A DNA stretch of 64,000 nt from Chrysomallon squamiferum (lineage: Eukaryota > Animalia > Mollusca), in contig CM022666.1 in the NCBI GenBank assembly GCA_012295275.1, forward strand, positions 2,170,001-2,234,000. Reading direction: 5' to 3'. Both the position numbers and the translations under genes were made by a program. Position 1 is the stretch's first letter; each line of letters begins with the position of its first letter. The notes under the pieces are model-generated. The model ran no database searches, had not been told where the DNA came from, and saw nothing but the letters and a program-made list of their open reading frames with translations. Of this stretch, positions 1 to 12,845 are shown piece by piece.

Positions 1-389
1 AGCACTGGCGACTCCGGTCATCAGATGGACGCTCACTACGTGGACGGCCACCACATCAGCGAGCAGATGGCAACACTAGGGGCAGCCATGACTGCGTCGT
101 TACATCCGTCAACAAAACAGGTAACTTTAACCATGACGATGATGACAACGATGATGATGACGATACTGAAGTTATTTTTGTCTTTTGTTACTGTTGTTGT
201 TATGATATTTTAATTATTAATAGAATTATGATGATGATGATGGTGATGATGATGATGATGAAGTTGTTATATTCATTGTTGTTGTTATAATTTTAATGTC
301 ATCATCATCATCAGTGATTTTGCTATCATGATCATTTGCATCCTCATTAATTTGATTATTATTATTTTTATTTATTATTTTTATTATTA

Positions 390-420
<31 letters not shown>

Positions 421-592
421 CTGAAACAAAAGGTTGCAAGGAAAGTAACAAAAATACGGCTGCATGTCCACCATTTCAAAGCCTTTTTGTTTCTACAACT
501 TGAAATTTGTCACTGATTTCAGCATTATTTTTTGAAAATATTACACAAATCCCTTCTTATCACACATACACATACACACATACATACATACA

Positions 593-626
<34 letters not shown>

Positions 627-792
627 CACACTAGTATCCTGCTTAGCATCCAGAGTGAAAGACAGGATAATTTTATTTGATGAAGGATACAGGATTACAA
701 ACAGCTGTGAAAGTTGAAAGTCCCAGAAGATTGTTACAGATGTTTTAAATATGCACAGAATTTTTTTTTTTTTTTTTTTAACAGATTCAAAT

Positions 793-831
<39 letters not shown>

Positions 832-1151
832 CTACAGTGATTCAGATTTAGATAGTTTTAGCAGATTAAATTGCTGTTTGAAATACTAGATGGTAATTAC
901 TCCCATCATCATTTTTTTTTTTTTTTTTTGTGCTGAGTCATTTTCTTAATATCAAAGGTTGTGTATTTTACATTTTAAAAGCAAGCAGATTTTGTTTGTT
1001 TTCGGAAGTGCCTTGGTAATTTCTTTTCCATGATTTATTTTTTGGGGTGTGGGGAAGGCATTTGTCATTTTTATAATTACCTAGGTGTGGTGGGTGTATG
1101 CATGTACTAATCCTGGGTTAATTTTATCTATTTTAAAAAATGGATGGTTTT

Positions 1152-1190
<39 letters not shown>

Positions 1191-4100
1191 GTTTAATTAC
1201 ATTTATTGTATTATTTTATTTTTTAATTATTTTTTAATTTTAATTTTTCTTAAATTTTTTTTTTTTTTAATTATTTTATTGTCATCTTAATTACAGGTTT
1301 TATACTAACCTGTGCTTGTTTCATCTGTTCTCAGGTTGCATATCAAATGCCAGGACAACACATGGCAGCAGCAGGTTTAAATAATGCAGCATTATATAGC
1401 AGAATGAAACAGCAGCATCAACAACAACAACAGCAGCAGCAGCAGCAGCAACAACAACAGCATCACCGTTACCCAGGATACAGCAGCTCTCAAGCGAGTC
1501 TGGCAACAGTGCACCCATCAGCTGCTGCCTCAATGATGGAAACTGTGAGTGCACCTCAGAGACTGATCACAGAAGCCATGATGCGCTCAAAGTCTCTACA
1601 CAGACTTGCAGCTGGACAGATGATCCACAGTTCAGGAGCTTCGCAGAGGACCGGAGGACATCCAGGACTAAATCCAGCGTATTCTTCAGCGTCACAGATT
1701 CCTGGCGGAATAAGTCAAGGGATGCCAACTCACTCCTCTGCCCACCAGAGGCGAGACAGTGGTGGTAGTGGTGGTGCTGGTGGTGGTGGTGGTGGTGGTG
1801 GTGGTATGAGTCACCAGAGTTCCTCATCTTTCACCTCAAGGACAGATGATGCACACATCAAACAGTGGTTGTTGTTCCTTCTTCAGTGGCATTTGCCAAG
1901 CAGTATCAGCAGCAGCAGCAGCATCAAGGATCACTGATGCACAGTGCTGCATCGAGTTGTGATGATTCTGCAGCTGCTTTTGCAACATCATCCAGCATGA
2001 GGATGTCACACACAGGATCCATTCAGCCTGGATTTCCCAAAACTGTCAGCAGCCAGAACTGTGTAAAGATTCCACCCAGTAACGAAACATACACTCAGGT
2101 TGGGAAGATCAATGCGGGTCTAATCGTGTCACCTGCAGTTCCCAGTTCTGGGCGATCCAGTCCACATGGTTATGTCCAAGGTTCACAAAGTGCAAACAGC
2201 CTCCAAGCTGGTGCTTTGAGAATGTCCAGATCAGACAGTTCAGTGCTCCAGGAACGTTCTATATGTAGGCCAAACAATTATCCTTCACTGCCACCAGAAA
2301 ACAGATCGGCTGATGGTGGTGGTGGGGCTTACAAAAACAGTTACAGTGCTAGCAGGACGAACAGTATGAGGACTTCAAATAGTCAGTCAGATAATCCTTA
2401 TGTTATGAAGTCCAGCAGTTACCCAGCAGAAAAGTCTCTAGGACCTTCCAGATCAGTGTTGATGAATGATTCTGTTGGCCAGCGAGGGAATATACCAATG
2501 TCTTTGAGTCCAATCAGTCCAGCAGAAGAAGACCCTCCATCACCTCAGTTTGATGTCTCCATGGTGTCTCAAGCCTCATCTTCAGCTGCAGGTGTTCGTA
2601 TGAGATTAGGGACAGGTGAAAGAGTAGGTGGGGTCAAGGATTCTGGACCTGTAACATTAACTCGTAGTCAGTATGACATTCTGCATGCAGACATGGCACA
2701 AGGCAGAAGTCGAATGGGTTCTATACAAAGTGGAATTCCTCTTGGATACCGAACAAATACTCCTACAGCTTCATCAATAGTTAAGGGAGCTGCTTCACAG
2801 CAAGCACTCGCGCCTCTGGTCCATCAGTCACCTAGAACTAGTCCCTACGCATCCATGCTTGCCATGAGATCAGAAAATCAAAAACAGCAAAAAGATAAAA
2901 GTTACATCGTTCACCCTAGTCCATCAGCACCTGACGTTGCGCCAATAGATCTGTCTAATCTGGGAAAGCACAGCAGCTCTTCTCAGGAAACAGAGACTCC
3001 TCTCGATCTCAGTGTGAAGCCAGCTAAACGTCCAGCAGACGACCGGACTGACCAAAGGCCAAGCAGTGCTAAGAGACCAAGACAGATGCACACTCCTGGG
3101 CAGGAATCGCCCATAATGTATTCAAACGAGCTTGGCAAAATGCTGGCATCAGGCATCCAGCCTAACTGTGATGTGAGGTTCGCGAAGCAGCCCGCGATGT
3201 ACAGTAACATGCAGCACAGTTACCCTCAGGCAGTCAGAAAGTCTGAGTTGTTCAGCAAGATGGACTCGCTGCAGGACCGGTCTGGGAAGGACAGTGCCTG
3301 CAGCACAAAACTTAAGGCAGCTCCCGACACAAGTGCTATGAAAACCCAGCAGGACATAATTCAGGCGATGTCTTGTTCAAATTTCAGTCTCGGACATTCT
3401 GCTGACCACAACAAACTCAGAGGCGATTTCGTCGACAGGGAACGATCCCAGCAGTGTTTCAAGATGACTGCACAAGCCCCCCAGCCCCTGCAGTCGCTGA
3501 TTTCACAAGGAGCTGCAGGAACTGTTGCACTGTCAGAACGCGAGATGCATTCGCTATCCACAGCGCAGAAACCTCATGTGATCAGTGCAGAGGCAGTGTC
3601 TGCCAGCACCTGTGAGAGACAGATCACGAAGGCTGGGGTGTGGCCCTCAGGAATTCAGGTTTCGTCATACCAACAGCATCTGCATTCTGAGTCCGTGCAT
3701 CCTCCTCAGCCTCCAAAACTGCAGACAGGACAGTCTCACAATTACAGTGGCAACAACAGGGACTCGAAGTCGTTCATGTACAATTCTGGAAAGGAGAACA
3801 GTGATCATTGTCATGGCAACGCTATTCAAAGTGATGTTAAACCAAGTTCGTTACTTCGTGGATCGGTTAAGACAGAAAACTTATCAGCAGAAAGAACTCT
3901 TGTGAAAGATGAAGTAACTGATTGCAGAGGTGTACCAGCTTATGAAATGAGGCTGCCTGTTGATAGCGGACACATTGTGAATGTGTCCAATACTCAGCTG
4001 AACAGTATCTTAGTGTCCAAATCATCTCCTTTGCCATCCAAGGAGCTGGCTCCTTCTATTACGACTGGCAAACCTTGGACCACAGCTAAGCCGAGACTTC

Positions 4101-6613
4101 TGGACAGTCTGCCAAAAAAGGTTGATCCGAGTTCTTCGGGCAGCTCTGATACGTCAGAAACCGAGATGGAAACCCCCGAAAAAGACATTTTCAAATTCAC
4201 TCAGCCTCTGTCGATCGCTATACCCAGCAGCAAGTCAGAGCATTTGAAAAAATCCGTCCCCCAGATTGCCCCTAAAAGGTGGTCGCGGAAACAGAGAATT
4301 CTCAGTCAGTTCAATCAGGATGAGGACATGAAGAGGAAAGTGTTTGCCGCTCCCGGTCCTGTGGGAGGAGTGCACAAAGTGACTGATCACATCTTCAAAA
4401 CGCCCAACATTTCTCCTGCTAGTCCTTCTTCTCCCAAAATGCCAATTCTCAGTCCACACGACAAGCAGCCGCTTCCCGAAAATTCCTCTCTTAACAATGA
4501 CCCTCCAACGCTCGACCTTCCGGACACACCAGAGAAGAAAACAATCGCACGAGCCGATGGGCGGGCATCAGTTGAAGGTGGTGGTTCCAAAATGGCTGCC
4601 AGCAAAGACAAAGGTCCTGCAGTACCTCGTTCTGTTCCTATGAGAATTGGAGGTGCGTCTGCTCCTAAGGATGACGTAGGTTGTGTGAAAAATAGCAGTG
4701 AAGGATACGCCAGAAGGCATTCGTTACCAGACGGACCTCTCAGATACCAGAAGAATATTCCGGTAGCCAACGTGGCACCATTCGTCCACTCGGAAAAAGT
4801 CGACCCTCCGAACGTTAATCCACAGCTGGAATTCCGTTATAACAGCAGAACAGACAGCGGTTTCCGAAATCATCAGCCAGCTGGAAGAGGTGAAAGATCT
4901 GGTGGTCGAAGAAAACGCTGAATCCAAGCAAGAGGCCGAGCCCATCACCATTCAGGAGAAGCAGAGGAAGACTGATCCCCATTTGACGTCGGGAGTTCGC
5001 AAAGTGTCCGAGAAGAAAAACAAAATGAGAGTGAGCAAGGCGACCCTGCGAGACCTGAAAAAGACCGAATCCCAGCTGAAGAAGGTCACCAAGCACATAT
5101 CCAGTCCAGAGGGCAAGCTGAAACGACCGGTGTCCAAGCAGCAGGACATCCAGGAGACGGTGAACGCGGCCAGTCAGGTTGTGAAAGAAACTGGTTTGAG
5201 TCTGAGAAAGTCAACGCGACACCCGCAGACGAGGAACCTGAAGAAGACGCTGAAGCAGAGGTCGCTGCGGCTGAGCAGGCTGCAGCTGAAGCAGCAGTCC
5301 GAGGGCGACGACACCGTGGAGTCTGCCAGTGACTCGGAGTCTCAGTGTGGAGACGAGGCTGACCACAGACTTCTCAACAAGGACCGGACTTTAAGGGTAT
5401 GTGTGTCTGTGTTGTGTGTGTGTCGTGTGTGTGTCGTATGTTGTGTGTGTTTGTGTCGTGTGTGTGTGTCATGTGTTGTGTGTGTCATGTGTCATGTGTG
5501 TTGTCATGTCTGTGTGTGTTGTGTGTCATGTGTTGTGTGTGTGTCATGTGTTGTGTGTGTCGTGTGTGTTGTATGTGTGTGTCGTGTGTGTGAGTCATGT
5601 CTGTGTGTGTTGTGTGTGTCATGTGTTGTGTGTGCCGTGTGTTTGTGTGTCGCGTGTGTGTTATGTGTGCATGTTATGTATGTGTGTGTGTGTGTTGTGT
5701 GTGTGTCTGTGTGTCATGTGTTGTGTGTTTGTGTGTATGGTTTGTGTTGTGTGTGTATGGTATGAATGACATTAAAGGTTTGTGTTTTGTGAATGTGCAG
5801 TAAAGATATGTAAATATACATTAAAGTTTACGTATGTTGAAGTCTGTTACTTTAAGGTTTGTAAATATACTTTAAAGTTTACATATGTAGAGATGTATTG
5901 TGAATGTACATTAAGGGTACATATGTTGAGTTTTTTTGTGAATGTACGTTAAAGTTATGTGTGTTGAAGACTTGTAAATGTACATTATGGGTAGGTATAT
6001 AAAATGTACACAAAGGGTCTGTGTTCGTGTATTTGGGTTGGAGTGTGCCCCTGTGATGTTAGAGGTTTAGATAGTTGAATTTTTTCTATGATCTTTATTT
6101 ATTTAGTGTTCATAAAACAGATGTATTGAGAATTTCAATCTCATTAGCTCTTTTCAAATGTCAAAAAATAGTGATTCATATCTTGACAAACATTACTTTT
6201 AATCATCAAATAGTGACTTTTGAACCTCAAAAATAGTGACTTTGAATTTGACATTTCAAAATCATGAAAATAGTGACTGTTGAATTTCTTTCATTTACAT
6301 AACACTAACTTTCAAACATTGAGAAATGAGATTAGAACTGACAAATAAACCTCACAAATACTGAATTTTAAAACTAGTCACTGTAAAGCATAGAATACAG
6401 TGACTTTGAGTCTACAGAATAGTAACTTTTAAACTATTATATAATCTTGAATGGTAATTTTTAACTTGAAGAGAATATTCAGAAAATCTTTACTTCATTT
6501 TTTAATATGAAAAATGAAAAAACCCAGTAAAAAAAAAAATTAATTGAAAAAGAAAATTTAATTAGAAAACGTATAACAGCTATGAAATATGCTTGACAGT
6601 TCAATGCCACTGG

Positions 6614-6647
<34 letters not shown>

Positions 6648-9600
6648 AGAGAGAGAGAATAATAATCTGACTTTGTACTTCTAGTCAAACTTCACAAAAT
6701 TTAAATTAAAAACATAATAATAATAATAAATTAAAATTTGTACAATTTTTTTTTTTTTTTTTTTGTTCTTTACTTATAAATTGGTGTTGTTTTTTGTTCT
6801 GTTTTTAAAATGTAATAATAACGCTGAATAATTTCGTAATTTTGTGTTTTCTAGAAGGCTGTCATACAGATAAACAGACTAGAAGACACAGTTGATGTTT
6901 CTACTCTCCAGGCTACTAACAAAAATATCAAATCAGTCTCCAACCTGAACAAAAGGGTGATGACGGAGTCCTCATTTACCCCCTGAAAATTATTAAAAAT
7001 ACCCTTTGTTGTGATTACGTTTGCTCACAATTTGGTACAGACGTTCATTAAAGTGTTGCACATAACTCAAATATGAAATTCAATGACTCAAAATCACTTA
7101 ATTTTACCCTAGTCCAAGAGCTATATTATTTTGACTTATAACCTCATCTTTAAGCTACAAAAGCTATATACTTTGACATAACCCTCTTTAATATCCTGAC
7201 TGTTCATTATCATGACAGAAAGTTACATATTCTGACTCGAATCTCTAATAGCATGATTGAAAGCTATATACTAGAATTTACATCTGTATTATTACGCTGA
7301 TTCAGAAACATATTACATTCCCTAAAAAAAATAGTATTTATGCTTGCTAAAAACATTTTTTTTTTTTAAATTGTAATTTTAAATTTTTTTTTATTTTAGG
7401 CACAGGAACTAAAACAGCGAGCCATTGACGGATCTGGAAAAAGTGGTATGTAATGTTTAACCTTTTGAATCTTGTTTACTGAGCTGACTTGTCCATCTGT
7501 AACATAATACACAGCACGAACCCCAACATTATACTCATTATCAGCCTTTACAATCTATTTACCACAGAACACAGCAAAGTTAATTAATTTTGCCCACAGC
7601 AAACAAATGCAGCAATATTAATCACATCTGTATGGTTAGTTAATTAATGTGTTTTGTATAAAGTAACGCTGACAAAAGTAGACAATGGTAGACTTTAACC
7701 ATCTCTCAAAATTATATATTTTTTAGATTTACTTTGTTATTAGACAATATTGGTGCCTTTAAAATAAAATTTAAAAATCATTTTCAAATGCATAGATTTT
7801 ATCGGCGATTTTTGTTCATTTCTAAATAGCTGTGTTGTTGTTATGCTGTGTTATTAAAAAAAAGATTGGTGCTTAGGTCTAAATAAAACAATATACATTT
7901 GAAAATATACAGACTGTACATTGTTACTCATATTACCATAGACATCTAATTGTTACACATTATCGTTACAAAAGTTTTTGTCCAGTTACAAATAAAATTA
8001 TAACAGTCTGAAAAAAAGTACATAAAATGTTTTTATATATTTTAATTATTTTTGTCAGACTTTATTATTTGCAAAGGCTGATGGTCATTTATGAATAAAA
8101 AATTTCACCTGAAAGTATATAAACATTTTTTAAAGTTTTGGTTCATTATTATCTTACTTTATTATTTGCAATGTTTGGTGTCTAATAAAAAAACAGTAAA
8201 AATATATTTAAGTTTTCATTTATTATTATTATACTAGACTTCATTATTTGCACAAATTAATTTCTATTACAAATTAATTCAAAAAAAAAAGGTTCAGATG
8301 AAAGTATATAAAATATTTTTAATTTTTTATTAATTATCAAAAAAAACAACAACAGGTGTCTGATTACAAATATAACAATCAGTTTATTGAGTTAAATGAA
8401 TTTAATTTATAAAATAAACTGTTTTAAATTTATTTAATTAATAAAATGGATTAGTTGTGAATAATTAACATAGGAGACTGTTTAAATTTGATTAACAGGT
8501 AAAATAAAATAGACTGGTTATTAACATGGTAGACTGTTTTTTTACTTCATTAACTGGTAAAATAGACTGGTTATTAACATGGTAGACTGTTTTTTAACTT
8601 CATTAACTGGTAAAATAAAATAGACTGGTTATTAACATGGTAGACTGTTTTTTAACTTGATTAACTGTACAATAAAATAGACTGGTTATTAACATGATAG
8701 ACAGTTTTTTAACTTGATTAACTGGTAAAATAAAATAGACTGGTTATTAACATGGTAGACTGTTTTAACTTGATTAACTGTTAAAACAAAATAGACTGGT
8801 TATTAACATGGTAGACTGTTTTTTAACTAGATTAACTGGTAAAATAAAATAGACTGGTTATTAACATGGTAGACTGTTTTTTTAACTTGATTAACTGGTA
8901 AAATAAAATAGACTGGTTATTAACATGGTAGACTGTTTTTTAACTTGATTAACTGGTAAAATAAAATAGACTGGTTCTTCTTTCAGGATCCCAACGTCGA
9001 CGTTGTCGCAGGTTGAGCCAGTCAAGTCACACCCGTGACCTTCGACCTAAAGTCTGGGAGATGACCACTCGAAATAAACTTTCAGGTAACAAACTGAATT
9101 TTTTTTTTTTTTTTAAAAAAGATAACTTTTAGTCTTAAAAAAGATTTCATACAACAACAACAACAAAATAATAATAATAATTGAGGGTGAGATTAAAATA
9201 AAGTATAAAAGATATTTTAAAAGAGATGAAAATGCAATAAATATTTATTTTATAAAGATATCATCATTGTTATTTATAAAGTTATTATCATCATTGTTAT
9301 TTATAAAGTTATTAACATCTTTGTTATTTATAAAGTTATTATTGTTGTTACTAATAAAGTTATTATCATCATTGTTATTTATAAAGTTATCATCATCATT
9401 GTTATTTATAAAGTTATCATCATCATTGTTATTTTTAAAGTTATCATCATCATTGTTATTTATAAAGTTATCATCATTGTTACTTATAAACTTATCATCA
9501 TCATTGTTATTTATAAAGTTATTATCATTGTTATTTATAAAGTTATTATCAACATTGTTATTTATAAAGTTATTATTATCATTGTTATTTATAAACTTAT

Positions 9601-12347
9601 CATCATCACTTTTTACTTTTTTTTTTTTTCACAGACAGACGCAGAGTCGTCAAATACAACCGCAACGCAGCCTACGAGAAAGAACTGAAGCGCGAAGAAT
9701 CCCGCAAGGCCATGAACCGCGCCAAGCGCCGGGCGTGTCTGCGCAGCAAGGCGCTGAGCCCGGAGAACAACAAACTGCTCGCGTCCAAGTACGTTGCCGA
9801 GGGTGACGACAGTGACTCTGAGGGTCGGTGGGAGATCACCAAGAGTCAGGACGACCTGAGGCAGACCCTGAGGAGCGGGCGGAACAAGGGCGGGCTGATG
9901 ATGAAGCTGTACTGGCGACACCCGACGGGCAGCGAGCAGGTGGCCGCGATGGAGGACCAGTCGGAACGGGACGAGGCGAATGAGCCGAGGGGCTTCCGGA
10001 AGCGTCTGCTGATGACGAAGAAGCAGATGAGGGCGATGGCGAAGAGGCGACGGAATCGCTCAATTCAGGATCAGTTCGGAGACAAGGCTCGTCATGAGAG
10101 GTTTTCCGAGTTCGTGGAGGGTGGGCTGCTGCTGGGGGAGGTCAGGATCTGCAGATGATTCTCACGCATGTAAGAGATTTTAAAAAATTTTATATTTATT
10201 TTTTTTCTAATTATTTTTAAGAATCTGTTGTTGGTGTGAGATGGTTAAAGTAAATGTATAGGTTAATGTTTTTGATGAGGTTTTTTAATAATTATTATTG
10301 TTGTTAATGATTATGATGATATTGTTATTCTTAACCAATTTAAAAACAAAATTTAAATTAATTTCATTTTTTGATGTAATGAGATTGAATTTTACAATTA
10401 TATTTAAAAGAGAAAGTCAATGGGTAACATTTGAATGCTGTTAATTGTTTTCCTTTTTTATTTTGCTTTTGTTTTCTTTTTTAATTAGTACCATAACATT
10501 TTTTAAAATTTAATATTTCAATTTTGTTTTAATATTTTCTTCTATTGTCCATTTTTCTTTATGTTACAATTATTATGTTCAGTAATACTGAAACATATTT
10601 TACATTAGTTTTACTTACTTCTTTGTTCATTCTTCTTCTTACATTCCTTAATTTGTTTATGTATCATTTACTTTATTCATTTGTTTTACAGGATGGTTAT
10701 GAGACAGATGTGACATCTGCCAGTGAGTTCAGTGGCTCATTGAACAGCTCCATTCCCGTTCCACCTGAATTCAAGAAGCTTTCTATTAATAAAAATTCAG
10801 GGGAGACAATGCTGCACAGAGCAGCCAGACTGGGCTACGTGGTAAAGTTATCTTTCCTTAATTTAGATAATAAACAGAGCTGAATAGACAGAAAATGAAA
10901 TAGAATAAATAAATAAATAAATAAATAAATATGTTAATAGTGGGTTTTAAATGAAATTTTTTTTATATCTTAATGTTTTTATTTGTTGAAAAGTTAATAA
11001 TTACATTTTATTTATTTATTTATTTATTTATTTTTAATTTAAAAAAACAATTTCTTGTATTTTATTCTGTGCATGTGTATGTATATGTATGTACTTACAG
11101 TTATTATTATTTATTATTTATTTATTTTTAATTTAAAAAAAATTCTCGTATTTTATTTTGAGTGAGTGTGTATATGTATGTATATACAGTTATCATCATC
11201 ATCATCATCATATTTTTTTGTTTTTATACTATTATTTTACTGTATTTATTATTTTTATTTAATTTAATTTTATTTACTTTCTTGTTGCTACAGGACGTTG
11301 CTCTGTACTGTCTGCGGACCAGTGTGGTTGACGTAAACGCCAGGGACAACGCTGGTTACACCCCACTCCACGAAAGCTGTGTACGGGGGGATCTGGTGGT
11401 TGCTAGGGAACTCATTACACATGGCGGAAATGTCAACTGTTGTTCTCAGGATGGGATTCGGTAATTTTATTTTTTTTTAATTTAAATGTAAAGTATTGGT
11501 TAAAGTTGTATGCAAGTGAGAAGTTTGGTTAATAAATAAATGAACTGTTTTTGTTGTGATTGTATTTGTGTGAATGAAAGGGATGAAATGATAAACTAGT
11601 ATGGAATAGAATATTTACTAAATTATTACTGTAATTATTATTATTACATATATATATATATATGTATATAATTATTTTTGTTGTTATTCTTATTATTGAA
11701 TTATTATCATCATTAAATTAATGTTAGTTCAATTAGTAATTCTTGTTTTTTTTATTTATCAGTTTTTTCTATATTATTATTATTATTATTAATTTTATTA
11801 TTATTAATATTATTACCATCATTATTATTATTACTGTTATTATTATTATTATTTATATTATTACTACCACTTCTACTACTATTATTATTATTATTATTAT
11901 CATTACTATTACTATTATTACTATTACTATTATTATTACTATCAGACCGATACATGACGCTGTTGAGAATGACCACATTCAGATTGTTCGTCTACTTCTG
12001 TCCTGGGGAGCCGATCCTCTCTTGGCTACGTATGGTGGCAAAACTCCACTAAAAATAGCAAGATCATTCACCATGTTACAGTTACTGCAAGGTTTGAAAG
12101 ACTCTGCTTATCTTTTTTTAATTTTTTAAAGAGAAAAGAATTTAAATCACAATGCCAAAATTACAGTTGTATATTTTAGATATTTTTTGTTAAATTTGTG
12201 CGTGAGTGTTTTCAATTTTTAAAATTTTAAATTGTTTAATTCTTAGTTGCTTAATGATTTTTTTCTCCAAATAAATAAATATACATAACAGTTATTATTA
12301 TTATTTATTATTATTATTTATTATTATTATATTATTATTACTATTAC

Positions 12348-12378
<31 letters not shown>

Positions 12379-12403
12379 TATTATTATATATTATTATTAT
12401 TAC

Positions 12404-12436
<33 letters not shown>

Positions 12437-12447
12437 TACTACTACTA

Positions 12448-12478
<31 letters not shown>

Positions 12479-12490
12479 TATTATTATTAC

Positions 12491-12545
<55 letters not shown>

Positions 12546-12802
12546 TATTATTATATATTATTATTATTACTATTACTATTATTATTATTATTTATTATTA
12601 TTATTTATTATTACTACTACTACTACTACTACTATTATTATTATGTATTATTAAATTATTATTATTATTATTATTATTATTAAATTATTATTATTAAAAT
12701 ATTATTATTTATTTTATTACTATTATTATTATTATTATTATTATTTATTATTATTATTATTATTATTTTTATTACTATTACTATTTATTATTATTATTAT
12801 TA

Positions 12803-12845
<43 letters not shown>

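Noticed and set aside
1830-4921. Programmed ribosomal frameshifting in BCOR
   Set aside because: I saw no clear slippery heptamer with a downstream structure at either break, and the window shows a background of assembly indels.
5399-5803. Cys/Val-rich ORFs resembling metallothionein or keratin-associated proteins
   Set aside because: They are translations of an intronic (GT)n-rich satellite that starts at a canonical donor and is open in all three frames.
9267-9634. LLFIKLLSS repeat-protein ORF
   Set aside because: It is a stop-free frame of the 24-27-bp intronic minisatellite. The real exon starts at 9635 in another frame.
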